This document shows positions 37,326 through 50,390 of a stretch of DNA of 64,000 bases, in pieces. Made by a program: the position numbers and the translations under genes. Positions within the stretch are counted from its first letter, which is position 1. The number at the start of each line of letters is the position of its first letter. A model generated the notes under the pieces. It ran no database searches. It was not told the origin of the DNA and saw nothing but the letters and a program-made list of their open reading frames with translations. Source of the DNA: Octopus sinensis (taxonomy: Eukaryota); NCBI RefSeq assembly GCF_006345805.1, contig NC_042999.1, forward strand, positions 96,038,001 to 96,102,000, in the 5' to 3' direction.

Positions 37326-37388
37326 AATCCTTGAACTGGAAAATTACATAACACCCATTGAACATATGAGTGAATTAATTAATTCTAT
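37326..37388 (+). CDS. Coding exon (63 nt, phase 2 to 2; an alternative acceptor at 37261 is also open)
   Basis: caactttcag| acceptor, AT|gtgagt donor; ILELENYITPIEHMSELINS. Confidence 0.6.
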
Positions 37389-37517
37389 GTGAGTAAGTAT
37401 TTCTAGCCTTTTCCTAAAACAATTTTGGGCTCTAATCCATAGGATAAATGTGTGTTGTTAACAATTGAAGGATTTCAGTTTAAACTAAAAGCAAAACTCA
37501 TATATTTCCTTATACAG

Positions 37518-37658
37518 AATAAAATCAATGATATACACCAGATCATGTTATCTGGTTTTGAAAGCAATCTGTGAGACTATATTTGATTCTAACTATCCTG
37601 AAGCTTATGATTCTCTGCTAGAGATTCTTCAATTGTTAGACTCGAGAGGTCTTTCCAG
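37518..37658 (+). CDS. Coding exon (141 nt, phase 2 to 2)
   Basis: tttccttatacag| acceptor, CAG|gttttg donor; IKSMIYTRSCYLVLKAICETIFDSNYPEAYDSLLEILQLLDSRGLS is stop-free. It is in phase with the previous exon across a 129-nt intron. Confidence 0.6.
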
Positions 37659-39449
37659 GTTTTGTATTATCAAAATTGTTTTAAAGTAAAGTTTAAAATA
37701 CTTTCTTTCATAGAATACATAGATTATGGTCAAGATATTATAATACAAGGGGAAGTAGAATTAATTGTTTGTATGTAAGAAAGAATGGTCTCTAAGTAGC
37801 AATATTATAAGAACTATAGTCATGAACTGGTTGATTCAGAGAGCAATGATATATTCAACTGGAATTCTTACACCATAATAAACTACAAACCACAGATATT
37901 CACATCCATATTTGCTTGCATTACTATGCACACATACACACAAATACACAAATATGATACTTTACACAAGTGGGGAATTGTGGAAAGGGGAAGTACCATG
38001 TCTTTTCAGAAAGAAAATAGTGTATTTAAATATGTAATTTTAGCAATAAAATTGCATGCTTGTTTGTAAACATCATTGGTGTCTGCCTACAGTTTCAGTT
38101 AAAATGAAGTTAACATATTATGTCACAAACTAGTAATAATTATTTACTTACCTTCACGCTTGTGCTTATGGTCCAGTCAATTAGTCTTATGTAAATGGTG
38201 CTATATAGACACAAATATGTAATAGTGGATATATTCAGTTGCACTCACATAATTAAGAACCTGTTGAAAAATATGTTCATTCATTCAACATCAACATACA
38301 TTAATGTTACTGTAACAATAGTGTCATGCACTTTTGAATATTATATTAAGTTCCAATGAGTGTTAATGTTCTTCGTGCTACAAGTATTATTGCTAACATG
38401 TAGAAATTAATGATTTATATTTACGAAATATCAAGTGAATAAAATGGGAATAGATTCAATTTCTTTAATTAAACTTATTTTAAAAAAGATTCTCCTCTTT
38501 TGATAAAATGAAAACATAACATGCAAGAAGCTAATGAATACTTGTTACTATATCTAAATCTGTGTGCATACTCTCTCTTTTGGACTATGAAGAAATGGAA
38601 GTTTCTTTCAGTAACATTTTCAAGTGCCAGTTATTAAACATGTATCAGCTCTTAAAGTGTTTTCAAGCCAGTTTTATGTTTTTGATGTGGTCTAGAATTT
38701 GGGGGTATGTAGTATCTGTGCCTGCATATTTGTGTAGTACTTAATTGTGGTCTGCAGTTCTACTTCTAGTCAGTGAGTAATTGATAAGAATCAAAGTATG
38801 TATTTGTTCTGAAGAGGATGCTTTAATTTTTGGATGCAGCTTAGGCATTGGTTTAAGTCTTGTAATCATCATGAACAATTATACAGAATTTATTGCAGCT
38901 TTATGAGTTTTTAAGTTGTTATCACTTGAAATGATGTAGAGCTGTGATAAATCCTTGCTAATAAGATAACTAAATCAGGGTTTACTGCTATCGTGCTTCC
39001 ACATTTCAACTTCGAGAACAATACAATAAGAAAGATATGAACAATTTTGTAGCTGTTTACAAAAGCATAGAGAATTACACATATTTCTGCATTTAAATAG
39101 TCAGTAGAAACCTGATTGAATGTGGTCCATTGTTGTTACATGATATCAACAATCTTATCTTTTCTATGAAAAACAAACAGCTAAAAACATTCAGTTTTGC
39201 CAATAATTACCTTTAGTTTAGATGCCTGAGTAATGATGATATAAGATTGAACTGTTGGATATAAATCTGAAAATTCTTTTATAATCTTTGGTGCTTTTTC
39301 TATACATTTGACTATGAAATTAATGACAGTGTTTATCATTAATCCAGTAATATTATAAATAAATGCTACATATCTCAGAACATTTGACAATGTAGTTTAA
39401 TTCTATAATTTATATTATATAACTAATAAGCATTCTTTGTTAGTGTGTG

Positions 39450-39620
39450 AAGGTGTGTCTTTAAGTGGTTAGGGTAGTCAGCTCACAATTGTAAGATCAT
39501 GAGTTTGATTCCCAGCAGCAGGAATCAGTAGATGTCCTTGAGCAACACACTTCATTTCACATTGCTCCAGCCCATTCAGCTGTCAAAAATGAGTTGTACA
39601 TATAACTCAGAAGGGCTAAT
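39450..39620 (+). mobile_element. tRNA-derived SINE, diverged
   Basis: agtggttaggg...gagtttgattccc head followed by ccttgagcaa..cacttcatttcacattgctccag; same family as 63540. Confidence 0.65.
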
Positions 39621-42600
39621 GTTTATGAGCATTGTACTTTTGCCAAAAAAATGTTCTTGTAGTTTTTTAATTATTTGAAATGTAAAATTTCATAATTGAC
39701 TAATGGATAGCTAATTAGTAAAATATTTAAGAAGATTTTAGGATGAAATTTGATTAAAAGTATGTTGTGATTCTCAGTTGATATGTGCAAGAATCCAGTA
39801 ACCAGAAAGTAGACAAAATTAAGACTAAAGCATCATCTTGTGCTAGAACTATACAAAATAATTTCTATAGAATAATCTTGTTTGTTGTACTGAGTGTGCA
39901 GATGTAATCATGATATTTTATAAACTGGTTTATCCATGGATATATAGAAAATAGATACTGAAAAATCAACTAAAATATCCAGGAATGAACAACTTCGATG
40001 TTGGACCTGAAGATTCATTATATACTATTTAACTCTCAAATGTTCTATGCTACAAAACAACTGCAACTATCACCAAGACTTGATCTGTACTTAGCTACAA
40101 TTCAAATAGTGTTGTTGTTTGGGACAAAAATCAAAGCACAGAAACTAAGTACTCTACTCCAGAAAGAACTTGCTCTGAAAAGATTTCTGTCTGCCCCATG
40201 TATCTTTATTTTTTGCAGATTATTGTGTTTATTTTTTGTAGATTATTTCGTATCTTTCTTTCTTCAGTTTTCAATCATCATAATGATACCTCAAGTTATG
40301 AGGAAGAAGCTGGTGATTTTGTTTATCAATAATTTATTTATTATTATTTATTGATGATTTATTTCAAGAAAGAGAGCTTAGACATAGTGAAAATAGGCAG
40401 AATGATACTTTAGTGTCATTTGATTATACCAATGTGAACTTTATATAGGGATTTATCAATTCTCTGCATGTGAAATGATCATATACTTAATCATTGCATT
40501 CAATCTTTCATTAGTGATGTAGGCTTTAAAAACTTTGAACATAGAGGCAAGTCCCATTGAATATTTTCTTTAACTTTCTTCATGAGAAACTTCTGTTAGG
40601 ATGAGGGATGAAGTCACATGGTAGGCACATTAACACAGCAATATCACCTTCATTACAAAAATGAAAATGAAGGCATATCTCAGAATGTGTTTTCTGGTGT
40701 TAGATGTGCATCTAAGTTACAGAAACTATTGGAACACAATTTTAGCTTTGAGATAGGAAACCAAGGAATCAATATCTTATAAATTGATGTGAAAACTCTG
40801 TGTAATCAACTCAACTGTATTCAATTCACTAGAGCAAATAAAAGTGACATGGCAAGAGGTAAATGTCTATAACATGTAAACATCACATTCACAATTTACA
40901 CCAATAATTTCATATCAACAAGTTTAATTTTAATTCATGCAATAGTTATATTTTTATGATTTTTTTCTCTAAAAAGGCTGGGAGACTTAAATAACAAAAG
41001 CACTACCAGAATTTAAGTAAGAAATTGTTAAAATATTTCAATTTATTAAGAACACCTACTTGCAATTGGAAATAAAGCTAAAGATAACACATTATTAAGG
41101 AAAACACATAGAGGGAAGAAAATCGGGGAACTGCTGCCATTCATTACAGCAAGGAAAATCACTGCATGAAGTATAGATTTATATGTCAGACATGATGTCT
41201 TTCAACAAGAAACACAATCAATGTTCACAGAAATCCTGCATTTGAGAGAATACAATTAAATATTATCTACTTGGTGTACCAAAGAGTTTGAGTTTGCAAA
41301 ATAAGAAAATAAATCTTAGAATTTATGAATATATGCAACGGGAAATATGATAATGCATTGGATGTATGATATGAAAGAATGATATAAATCTAGTGTGAAC
41401 ATTTTTCTGAGTTTCTAGCAGTTGTAATATAGAGGCAAGTCCCAGAATGTTTTCATTGAAATTGTTGAACCTTGTAGATGAGATAACCTAGAATCGATAT
41501 GTTTGGTAAAATTAGCTTCCTGACAGTATTCGATCAATATTGACATAAAAAAAAATATGCAAAATAGATCATAATGTTGATTAGGAGGTATTCACTACAT
41601 GACCCAGACTGATCTCCCTCTTTTACAATATACCATACATGAAAGATTTTCACTTTTTAAATAATATATAATACTGCCAATTTAAAGTTATTTTCACTTC
41701 AATACTACCAGCTCTACACATTCCTATACATTTCCATTTTAACATGCTAATGATGAAATCTTTTGTGTATATGAAATGAGAATCCTTTTGCTGTCCATAA
41801 AATGGGTTAAACATTCCCAGAACCCATTTCCTCAACTTCAGATTTGCTTTTATAAATCTCTTATTGCTGGGCATTTTAAATTTCTTATTGAAACAATTAT
41901 ATGATATACTTATGTTGCTATTGATTCTGTGAAGAGTGAACAGTCCATTACATGTTTTGTGTCTAAAATATTTGCATCATTAGTTTTCATTATTTCCCTG
42001 ACATTTGCACTTTGATACTCCAACTAGTAATTGAGTTTGCAAACATAATTGTGGTATATGGGACCATTATTAAGTAGTATCTAAACTATTATGCTTCCTA
42101 ATAAAGTTTGCATATAAAGAGGCCAGTAGTGACCTTCACCTAATGAAGATAAGAGCTTGCACAAATAATGTGCATGTTTAGATATAGTTAGCAGTTAAAC
42201 TTTGAATATAAAAGGTTGTTACTAAATACTGAAAACCATCTAGTCTGCTGCTTCCTCACCACCTTCAGCAATGTTTTGTGATAGTTGAAACTCATGTTTT
42301 ATCAAAATGCACAGACCAATTTACATTAAAAAATGAAAATATTGATCAAGTTAATTGATGAAATATTTCACTAGAAATTATAAGAAATTTCAGTCATTAC
42401 AGATTTAACAAATGAGGCCTAGTGCTGGATTAACCTAACAGCAAGAACAGCAAATGCTACTGGCTGCACATTTACAGGAGCTCCACACTAAATACTTATT
42501 TACTGTAGTCCAATACCACCTACAACTTATATGAATACTGGATGTTTAATATTGGTCGAAATATCAAGGCACTTCCAAGGTTAAATATACTTAAGCAAAT

Positions 42601-44679
42601 TACAATCATCACACTGATAGATATAGCAAAAGGGTAGTTTTCACATCTGGGTGCTAAGTTATAAAGTTACCATTCTTTCTCACTATTTTTGATGCTTTAA
42701 ATTTATCATACTGTAACTGAGACTAATTATAATTTCTATTATAAATAAGACTGGTTGAAGAAACCATATTATTACTAATACATTAGAGACAGTCTAATGC
42801 TAATTATCTCCACTAAATTAAATTGGAGATTTTAAACTCGTAAAAAACACTTTATGGTGTAATATTTACTTTAATCATGTGCCTTATGCACAAATATGAA
42901 GCATAAAGTAATAGAGTATCATTTTCAATGTCAGACCATGAAACAAAATTTACATTATATTAGGGCTGTGTCTCAGTAGAAAATATTTAATGTGTGTATC
43001 TTCGTTTTTAACTAACAATTTGATATATTAGGAAATTCATGTAATGTAACAAATAAGATTTGTGAATCTAGCTTTGATTTAAATGGAAATCAGGATCTAT
43101 ACAAAAAAGTTATCACTCATTCAAATCTGCCTCATAATTTACCATGTTTAAACGATTATCTTCTAATGTTAATCTTTTAAATGTCTCAAGCACATTGATT
43201 AGTATGTACATATCAAGATTGAGGTAAAAGTATAAATAATAAAATCCTTGCATCTGCTTCAATTACCCTCATCCCATCTAATTGACCTATATAAATGGAA
43301 CTTTCAGAAATACACCTGAACCCATAAAAATAATTCAAACTTTGAGTTGAATATACCTTTAACAAACTAATATAATTATATTTTCATCCTACTATGAGTG
43401 TGACATGTGCTATTGGCACTAAGTTGAGTTTTCACCCAAGTATCATTTCTGATAGTTCTAATCTTTGTAGCTGCAGATAAGTAGCACATCCACTTAAGAG
43501 TTAATTGCTTAACATTAAAATAGTTATTGAACTGTATGTTATCTTCTCTTGAGGCATCTAATCCATCAATACATTGGCTTAGGTTCTGAATGAATTTAAC
43601 TGTAAATGTAGAACAATTGGAAAGCATCAACTTAGCTGTACAACAAACCTATTGAATGTTTAACAGATAGAGTATGATTTTAAATAACTTCAAAACCACA
43701 AAGAGGATTTTGGTTAAATAAGGAGTTGATCAAATTAAAATAATTTGTTTCTCTAAATTGCCCATCAATAAAATATGGTTCAAAAGAATACAAATGGAGA
43801 TTCAAAGGATTTTATGTCTATTGGTAGTATTTGATTTAATGTCCTATTGGTTAACAATTAGCTCCCCACCATTGCCTCCTTCTTCCTGCTTTGCCTATTC
43901 AGATATTTACTTAGAATTAATAGACATCAAATATTCACTGTCCCCTAATTATTTTCTTTCTATTTTATATGTCCAGCTAATTTAATGCAGTAATATTGAT
44001 CACCATCACCACTACCATCATAACTATGATCATTAACTACGATATTCTGTGGAGCATTATTGATTAATCTGATTTCTGTCAAACTCATTCATATCTCTTT
44101 TTCCTTCTTTTTGTTTCTTCTGTCGCATCCTCTTCCCCATTGTAGCTTTTAAACTTTTCTAAATAGTAACAAATTAAATGATTCAGTGTTTTACAATAGT
44201 AGTGATTCACTAGCTACTGTATGCTTGTGCACCTCACCCTGCTAGAAAAAGCAGATAAATGCTCCTTAAATAATATTTTATTATCTTACAAAAGAAAGGT
44301 CACATCCACTAATGTAGTACTAGAAGCATTATATCAGGAAAAAGACTATATTTGACCCTTTCATGCATGTGGGTATATAATGTCAGTAAACTCTTATACC
44401 CACACTGATCATAACTGATGTAAAACTTAATTTCCAGTGTAATTTTTTAAATAAATATTGATCCTGTCTTCTGCATAGTCAAATCTTTTGTTAACATTTT
44501 ATGGATAACCATCATTTTTGCTTTCTAGGTTTTCTTGATTACATCAATAATCACCAACTTAAAGCCGGTTCATATTAATTCACAACACATCTTACATTAT
44601 ACTGTTGTTTTGAAAGCAATACTTAATGGCTGTAATTCTCATCAGGCTTAGCTGAGTCAATAGTTTTTTGTTCTTATAG

Positions 44680-44877
44680 CTCTTGAATTCTCCCTCTCTC
44701 AATTGCTCCCGTTTTATATTCTCATTGATGTAATTTGTTGAAGTTTATTCTTGAAAGTCCCTCTATGCATAGTAGTGAGAATGAGCAACAAACTTCTAAT
44801 CACTACTTCAAAATGGCCAGCATTAAGATTATCAATGTGTTGGGGGAAAATAATCAAGCTAAGTTGATGCTGATCAG
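44680..44877 (+). pseudogene. Candidate exon (198 nt, phase 2 to 2) with two in-frame TGA
   Basis: ttttttgttcttatag| ... AG|gtatat; S*ILPLSIAPVLYSH*CNLLKFILESPSMHSSENEQQTSNHYFKMASIKIINVLGENNQAKLMLI. A stop-free alternative starts at an AAG acceptor (44744, phase 0). Confidence 0.4.
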
Positions 44878-45689
44878 GTATATTTTGTTATAGAAAGCAA
44901 TTTTCTTGATAGGAACAAACCAATAATCTGGGTCTATTGATAGCAACAGTTAGAATGTATAATCATTTACAGAAAATGCACCTTGATAAATGGTTTGATA
45001 CAGGAAGTTGAGAAAGCACAAAAATTTTTTATATTCTTGCTTTATTATATTTTAAGTTTTCATTGTAATATAGACTTTTTCATTGTATAGTATTCTCTTT
45101 TTATTTCTTGAACCAATCTAATCTGAGATTTAAGAATGACTTATCTTGTGTTACATGGAATATATTTCTTTATTTTTAATACTAAGTGGACTATATATTT
45201 TCTCTAGAGTATTCAAGAAACCTTAGAACATCGCATTTTTTATTTAGCCACTAAACTTTCTGAACTTATTTCTATTTTTTACTTAAAAACATATAAAACT
45301 GAGAAGGTTGTCTTTGCTTTTTCATTCATTTTCATAAACTATAAACTGAAAGTGAACTTTGAAAGAATGATCACTGCTAGGTTTTTTGTAACTATATAAT
45401 GTTGACTAAAATATAGTTATGGTCAATTTACAGAGTCCTTCATACCATTTTTTACCTAATAGTGACAACAAGGATATATTATGTGTTATCAGATTTTATA
45501 ATTAATTTTTAATCAAGCAAGTGTTGGATTTCTCCTACTGCAATGAGGAAAGTCTTACCTAAATTCTACCCTTCAGCTTCTTGTTTTGAAAATTTTAGCT
45601 ACTCTCATTTGTGTATTTCTATATTAAAGAAAATTTCGCTGTTTGAAAACCTTATATTGAAATACTTAGTATTTTCTGCATTGTAGAAG

Positions 45690-45745
45690 ACACACACACA
45701 CACACACACACTCTCTCTCTCTCTCTCTCACACACACATACACAC

Positions 45746-45776
<31 letters not shown>

Positions 45777-45790
45777 TGCACACTAACACT
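45690..45790. repeat. Compound (CA)n(CT)n microsatellite
   Basis: Direct observation. Confidence 0.95.
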
Positions 45791-46093
45791 GATAGATAAA
45801 TACAGACTCAATTGTCACAGGTAGAATGGCATTATGCTATTTCCTTTCTCAATGGTTTATTGAAACATAAGTAATATTTTACAAATCAAAACAGAAAGAT
45901 GTATATCTGTTACAAATAATAAATATCTGATGTTTGAAATGATAAAATGATGCAGAATTACAAAGATTCTCATTCAACAAATTAGTCACTAATTTTATTT
46001 CCCAGGCAATGCAGGCATACCCTCCTACACACAATGTGCAGGCATGGGTATGTGGTTAAAATGATTGTCTTCCAACACTATGTGTGTGTGTAT

Positions 46094-46138
<45 letters not shown>

Positions 46139-46395
46139 TTTCTTCTATTTACTAGTATTCCTTCTAAAATGAGAGAGTTGGTTTCTTACCAAGAAACAAA
46201 AGCTTCTTTATTTGAGTTAGGATAACAATAATAATTGTTACATATCGAGCTTGAAGAAACTGTAGCATACATTTACTGTTGAACTTAACTGTATCTGTAA
46301 AGTTCATGTGGGCCAGTCTCTTTCTTTGCTTGAAAATTCTAACTTGTCATGTTTGTGGCTTAAGCATTTACTAACATAACCGAGTATGTTAATGA

Positions 46396-46560
46396 TTATT
46401 GGTGCAGAAACACTTGGCCACAGATTCTCTTTTTCTCATTGATTTTGGAAGTGTTCTTTACACCAGCAGAACAACTAACCTCTATGAATGTACATACTTG
46501 TTCTTTGCTGTTCCAAATACCTATATCAAGTGAATAATTGTATATATTAATGGGTACAAA
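46396..46560 (-). mobile_element. Non-LTR retrotransposon restriction-like endonuclease (RLE) fragment
   Basis: LDIGIWNSKEQVCTFIEVSCSAGVKNTSKINEKKRIC resembles the RLE pattern PDIV.WD..E..C.IIEV.CP...N...K..EK...Y. Confidence 0.5.
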
Positions 46561-47285
46561 AAATGTATTCTTTTTATACCTAAAAGAACGCATATCCTAA
46601 GTGGATCAAAGAACTGCATTGACCTTCTAAGCTCAAATTCAGAAATTTTTACATGTTTTTAACACGCCTTTGCTATCACTGTCAATGTCATAATTTTCTA
46701 GTGTTTCTAACATTTCACACCTTATTTATCTGGCCCTGGATCTTTATCTTTTCTCATCTTTTTGATGGCATGTTCGCTGTCAGATTTTAAAATCTTTGGT
46801 TCTATAATGTTGGATGGTAAAACTTTTCAGGCCTTTTATCTTAAAATAGGTTTCCTTTGTACTCTGTCCAACTTTTCATGATTTTGTCTTTTTCAAAAAA
46901 GCAGTTTTCCTCTTTTGGTTTATAATGTCTCTTTTTGTATGTTTTTGTTATTTCTTTCATAATCTTATACAGTTGTTTTGGTCTGTGTGGAGATACTTGA
47001 TTTCATTTCATTTTTCTTTCAGCCAGTTTTGTTTCTCTTTCCTTCCTACATTTATTTTTGATGGGTTTTGTTTATGTTTATGGGGTCAGTGTTCTTTATC
47101 TTTTTGCATTCTGATATCAACTGGAGAATTTCTTCAGTCATTCGTGGCTAGTGTCTCTTGCTTTTTCTATAGTAAAGCACTTACTCCATATATCAAACTG
47201 TCTTTCAGACTTCCTCACTTCACATAAATTTCTTTATTGGAAGTTTCGCAATGATATTTTTTTATACCTTCATTCATGAGCATTT

Positions 47286-47690
47286 CATCATCATCATCAT
47301 TTAACGTCCGTTTTCCATGCTAGCATGGGTTGAACGGTTCAACTGGGGTCTGGGAAGCCAGGAGGCTGCGCCAGGCCCAGTCTGATCTGGCAGTGTTTCT
47401 ACAGCTGGATGCCCTTCCGAACACCAACCACTCCGAGAGTGTAGTGGGTGCTTTTTATGTGCCACCTGCACAGGTGCCAGATGAGGCTGGCAAACGGTCA
47501 CGATCGGATGGTGCTTTTTACGTGCCACCGGCATGGGGCCAGACGAGGCTAGCAACGGTCACAATCGGATGGTGCTTTTTATGTGCCACCGGCACGGAGG
47601 CCAGTCGGGGCGGCGCTGGCAACGGCTACGTTCGGACAGTTCTCTTATGTGCCACCGGCACCTCAGCTACAATTTCCATTGATGTTGTTC
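47286..47690 (-). mobile_element. (GAT)n-tailed SINE
   Basis: Same family as 7087-7482; about 5 internal subrepeats. Confidence 0.88.
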
Positions 47691-47699
47691 ATGTTTGAT

Positions 47700-48530
47700 A
47701 TTAATCACCCTGCCAAAACAACCTAAGGCCATTGAGTGCTATAACTTCAGGACTATTAGTCTCATGCTTTATGCTTTTAAAATATTTCTTACAGTCATAC
47801 TAGGAAGAAATAAAAACAAAATAAATGCAGCAGTTGGTGAGGCGCAATTTGGATTTAGGACCAAAAGAGGTACAAGAGATGCCATATTTTGTTTCAACAT
47901 TCCAGTACAAAAACAAAGGCAGCTACAAAAAGATCCATTTTCCTGTTTCACAGATTATGTCAATGCATTTAACTGCAAACACTACCGAGAGCTCATCACT
48001 TCATTAGAAAAAGCCAGCTTAGAAGGAAAGGACAACAGAATGATCTGTTTATTGTACTGAAACCAAAAGGCAGCTGTCAGAATAGACCAGGAATTGTCAG
48101 GACCAGCAGAGATCAAAGGAGCTGTAAAATAAGAATTCATGCTATCTCTATACCCATTTATATATTTATTGAGTCAAATCAGAGCAAAGGACTCTCTAAA
48201 TATCAAGGGCATGATATTAATAGCCAAGGGCATGAACACAAACAATAAGATATAATACAACATTATTGGCTGACAGTAATGAGAAATTATGAAAATTGTT
48301 GATGATGTAAAAGAACAAAGTGACTAAAAGGATATAAATATGAATAATGGAAATTAGTAATATTGAACTAAAGGAAACAAGTATAAAGGTAAATAGACAG
48401 GTTCTTGAACAAGTAAAACACTCAATGTATTTAGAACAAATAATAACTTGGAAGGTTGTTGTGAAGAAATTTTTCAGAGAAAAAATAAGGCTAAAACAAC
48501 ATCTATGTGAATAGTAAGTATCTTCATCTC
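47700..48530 (+). mobile_element. RTE-clade LINE RT fragment
   Basis: LPKQPKAIECYNFRTISLM...EAQFGFRTKRGTRDAIF...CFTDYVNAF...LY*NQKAAVRID covers RT domains 0-3 of RTE/BovB-like elements, with stops further on. Confidence 0.9.
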
Positions 48531-48686
48531 AAAAGACATAACACCGAAGCAAATTAAAATTTTGTGTGACACCTTTCCCATATGCAGATACATCTACCTA
48601 TTTATGGTGAAAGTAACAAACATAACATTACATCAGAGTAAATACTTGGTTCTTTAAAATATGAAGTTTCTCTCTGATATATATAG

Positions 48687-48731
<45 letters not shown>

Positions 48732-50390
48732 TATATATAGTGTATGTATGTATGTATATTTACTGCCAGCAGGCACTCTCATTCCATATTAAACCACAAT
48801 TACCTCTCTCATTTCCACTTAGTCAGAGATTGAACATGTGAGTTACCCACATGGGTTTTACCCTGGCTATCTTTTTTTCATATCTCTTTAACTTGTGACT
48901 TTTTTACTCTTTCCTGAACTTTCCTTTTTGTATCCAACAAAGGACTATATCTGAAACATTATACTTTCACTCTATATCTTATACTGTTTAACTTTTTACA
49001 TTGCTGTTTGGTTGGAGGTGAATCTGTTTCTTCCACTACTTCAGTAAATGATTGGACTCTTGTCACATACTTATATTGTTTATGTTGGGACATTTTGTAT
49101 CTATCAAATGAAATAATGTTTTCTAGTGTTACTAGATAGTACACATAAAAATTATGAATATAGATCAGTTTAAGTAAAGCTGAATATTTAACTTTTTTTT
49201 TTGTTTTACATTTCATTCTTTGTTATTTGGTTCCTTTGTTTAATTATTCCCACATTCCAGTAGAAGTACTTTTTCAAATATTCCAACTGACTGGAACATT
49301 TGTTTTTATCCTTTTAGATCTTGAGTGATATATTTCGCATATATTTTGATTTGCTTTGTTTGTTTTGTGTTTTTGGATCAGTTACATATTGTTACAGCAA
49401 TTGCTCCCTCCATTAGATAACTTTTTTAGGGCTAATAAGTTAACCACAAAATAGAAGTAGAATCTTATCTGTGTTAGCTAGTAGTAAAGCATTAACAGTA
49501 GTTGAGTCACTGAGGTAGCTTTTATGCAGTCGATTGACCCCTTTGAAATAACAACCAAACCTACTTCAATTTACTCACTATAATCTTAAATATAGTAGGG
49601 TACATTGGACCATGTAGTTGTTGATAGGAATACCTTTAGTCATATGTTTGTTCAGCCAAAATTTTACTTGAAGTGGACAACTATAGCTGTAGTCAGCTTT
49701 ACTTCATCATGGAACCATCAATAATGTTAAAACTGTACTTTTCTTTTTATATTAAATAATTAATAGATATATAAAAATATTTTCAGTACAGTTGAAAACC
49801 TACTTCTTTTCAGAAATATATTTTGGTGAAGTATATGTTCACAAAGTAATTACATTAAATATTACTAGTGAGATGGAGGTGTGGTTGGTTGTTATCGCCA
49901 CTTAAAATGCTTGAACTTGTGTCACATATCTACAGCAGTCTAATTTACTTACCAAACTATTGGATATACAATTAAGAATACCTTCTACTATAATTAAGGA
50001 TAAATTATGTCTAAAGATAACTGTTGACCTTTTGAATTCAAAAGAGTGATAACTTTCAAAGCATGAAGAAATTGACCTAAGTTGTGGAAGCAAGTATAGG
50101 GTGAACAGTCCACTTTATTTTATACACTATCATTAAGTAGAAAGTAAATGGTAATCCATAAGAAGGTAAAAACACCATGATGACATGTTTTAATTTTTAG
50201 AACTTCTTTGATTTCCATTCCTCAAGCTTGAATAAGCCTGATGTTCAACTGATTGTTATTAAAAGCCTAATCATGACCAATTCCTTATACAACAGGAAAT
50301 CTATTGTGTAAATGAAAATTTTCAGTGAATTGGATGATATCAATTCTGAATTTAATTTTACTGTTTTTTTTCTTTTTTCTTTGTAATCTA

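Noticed and set aside
49260-49330. Strong polypyrimidine tract + cag followed by a short open frame
   Set aside because: No convincing donor; left unassigned.
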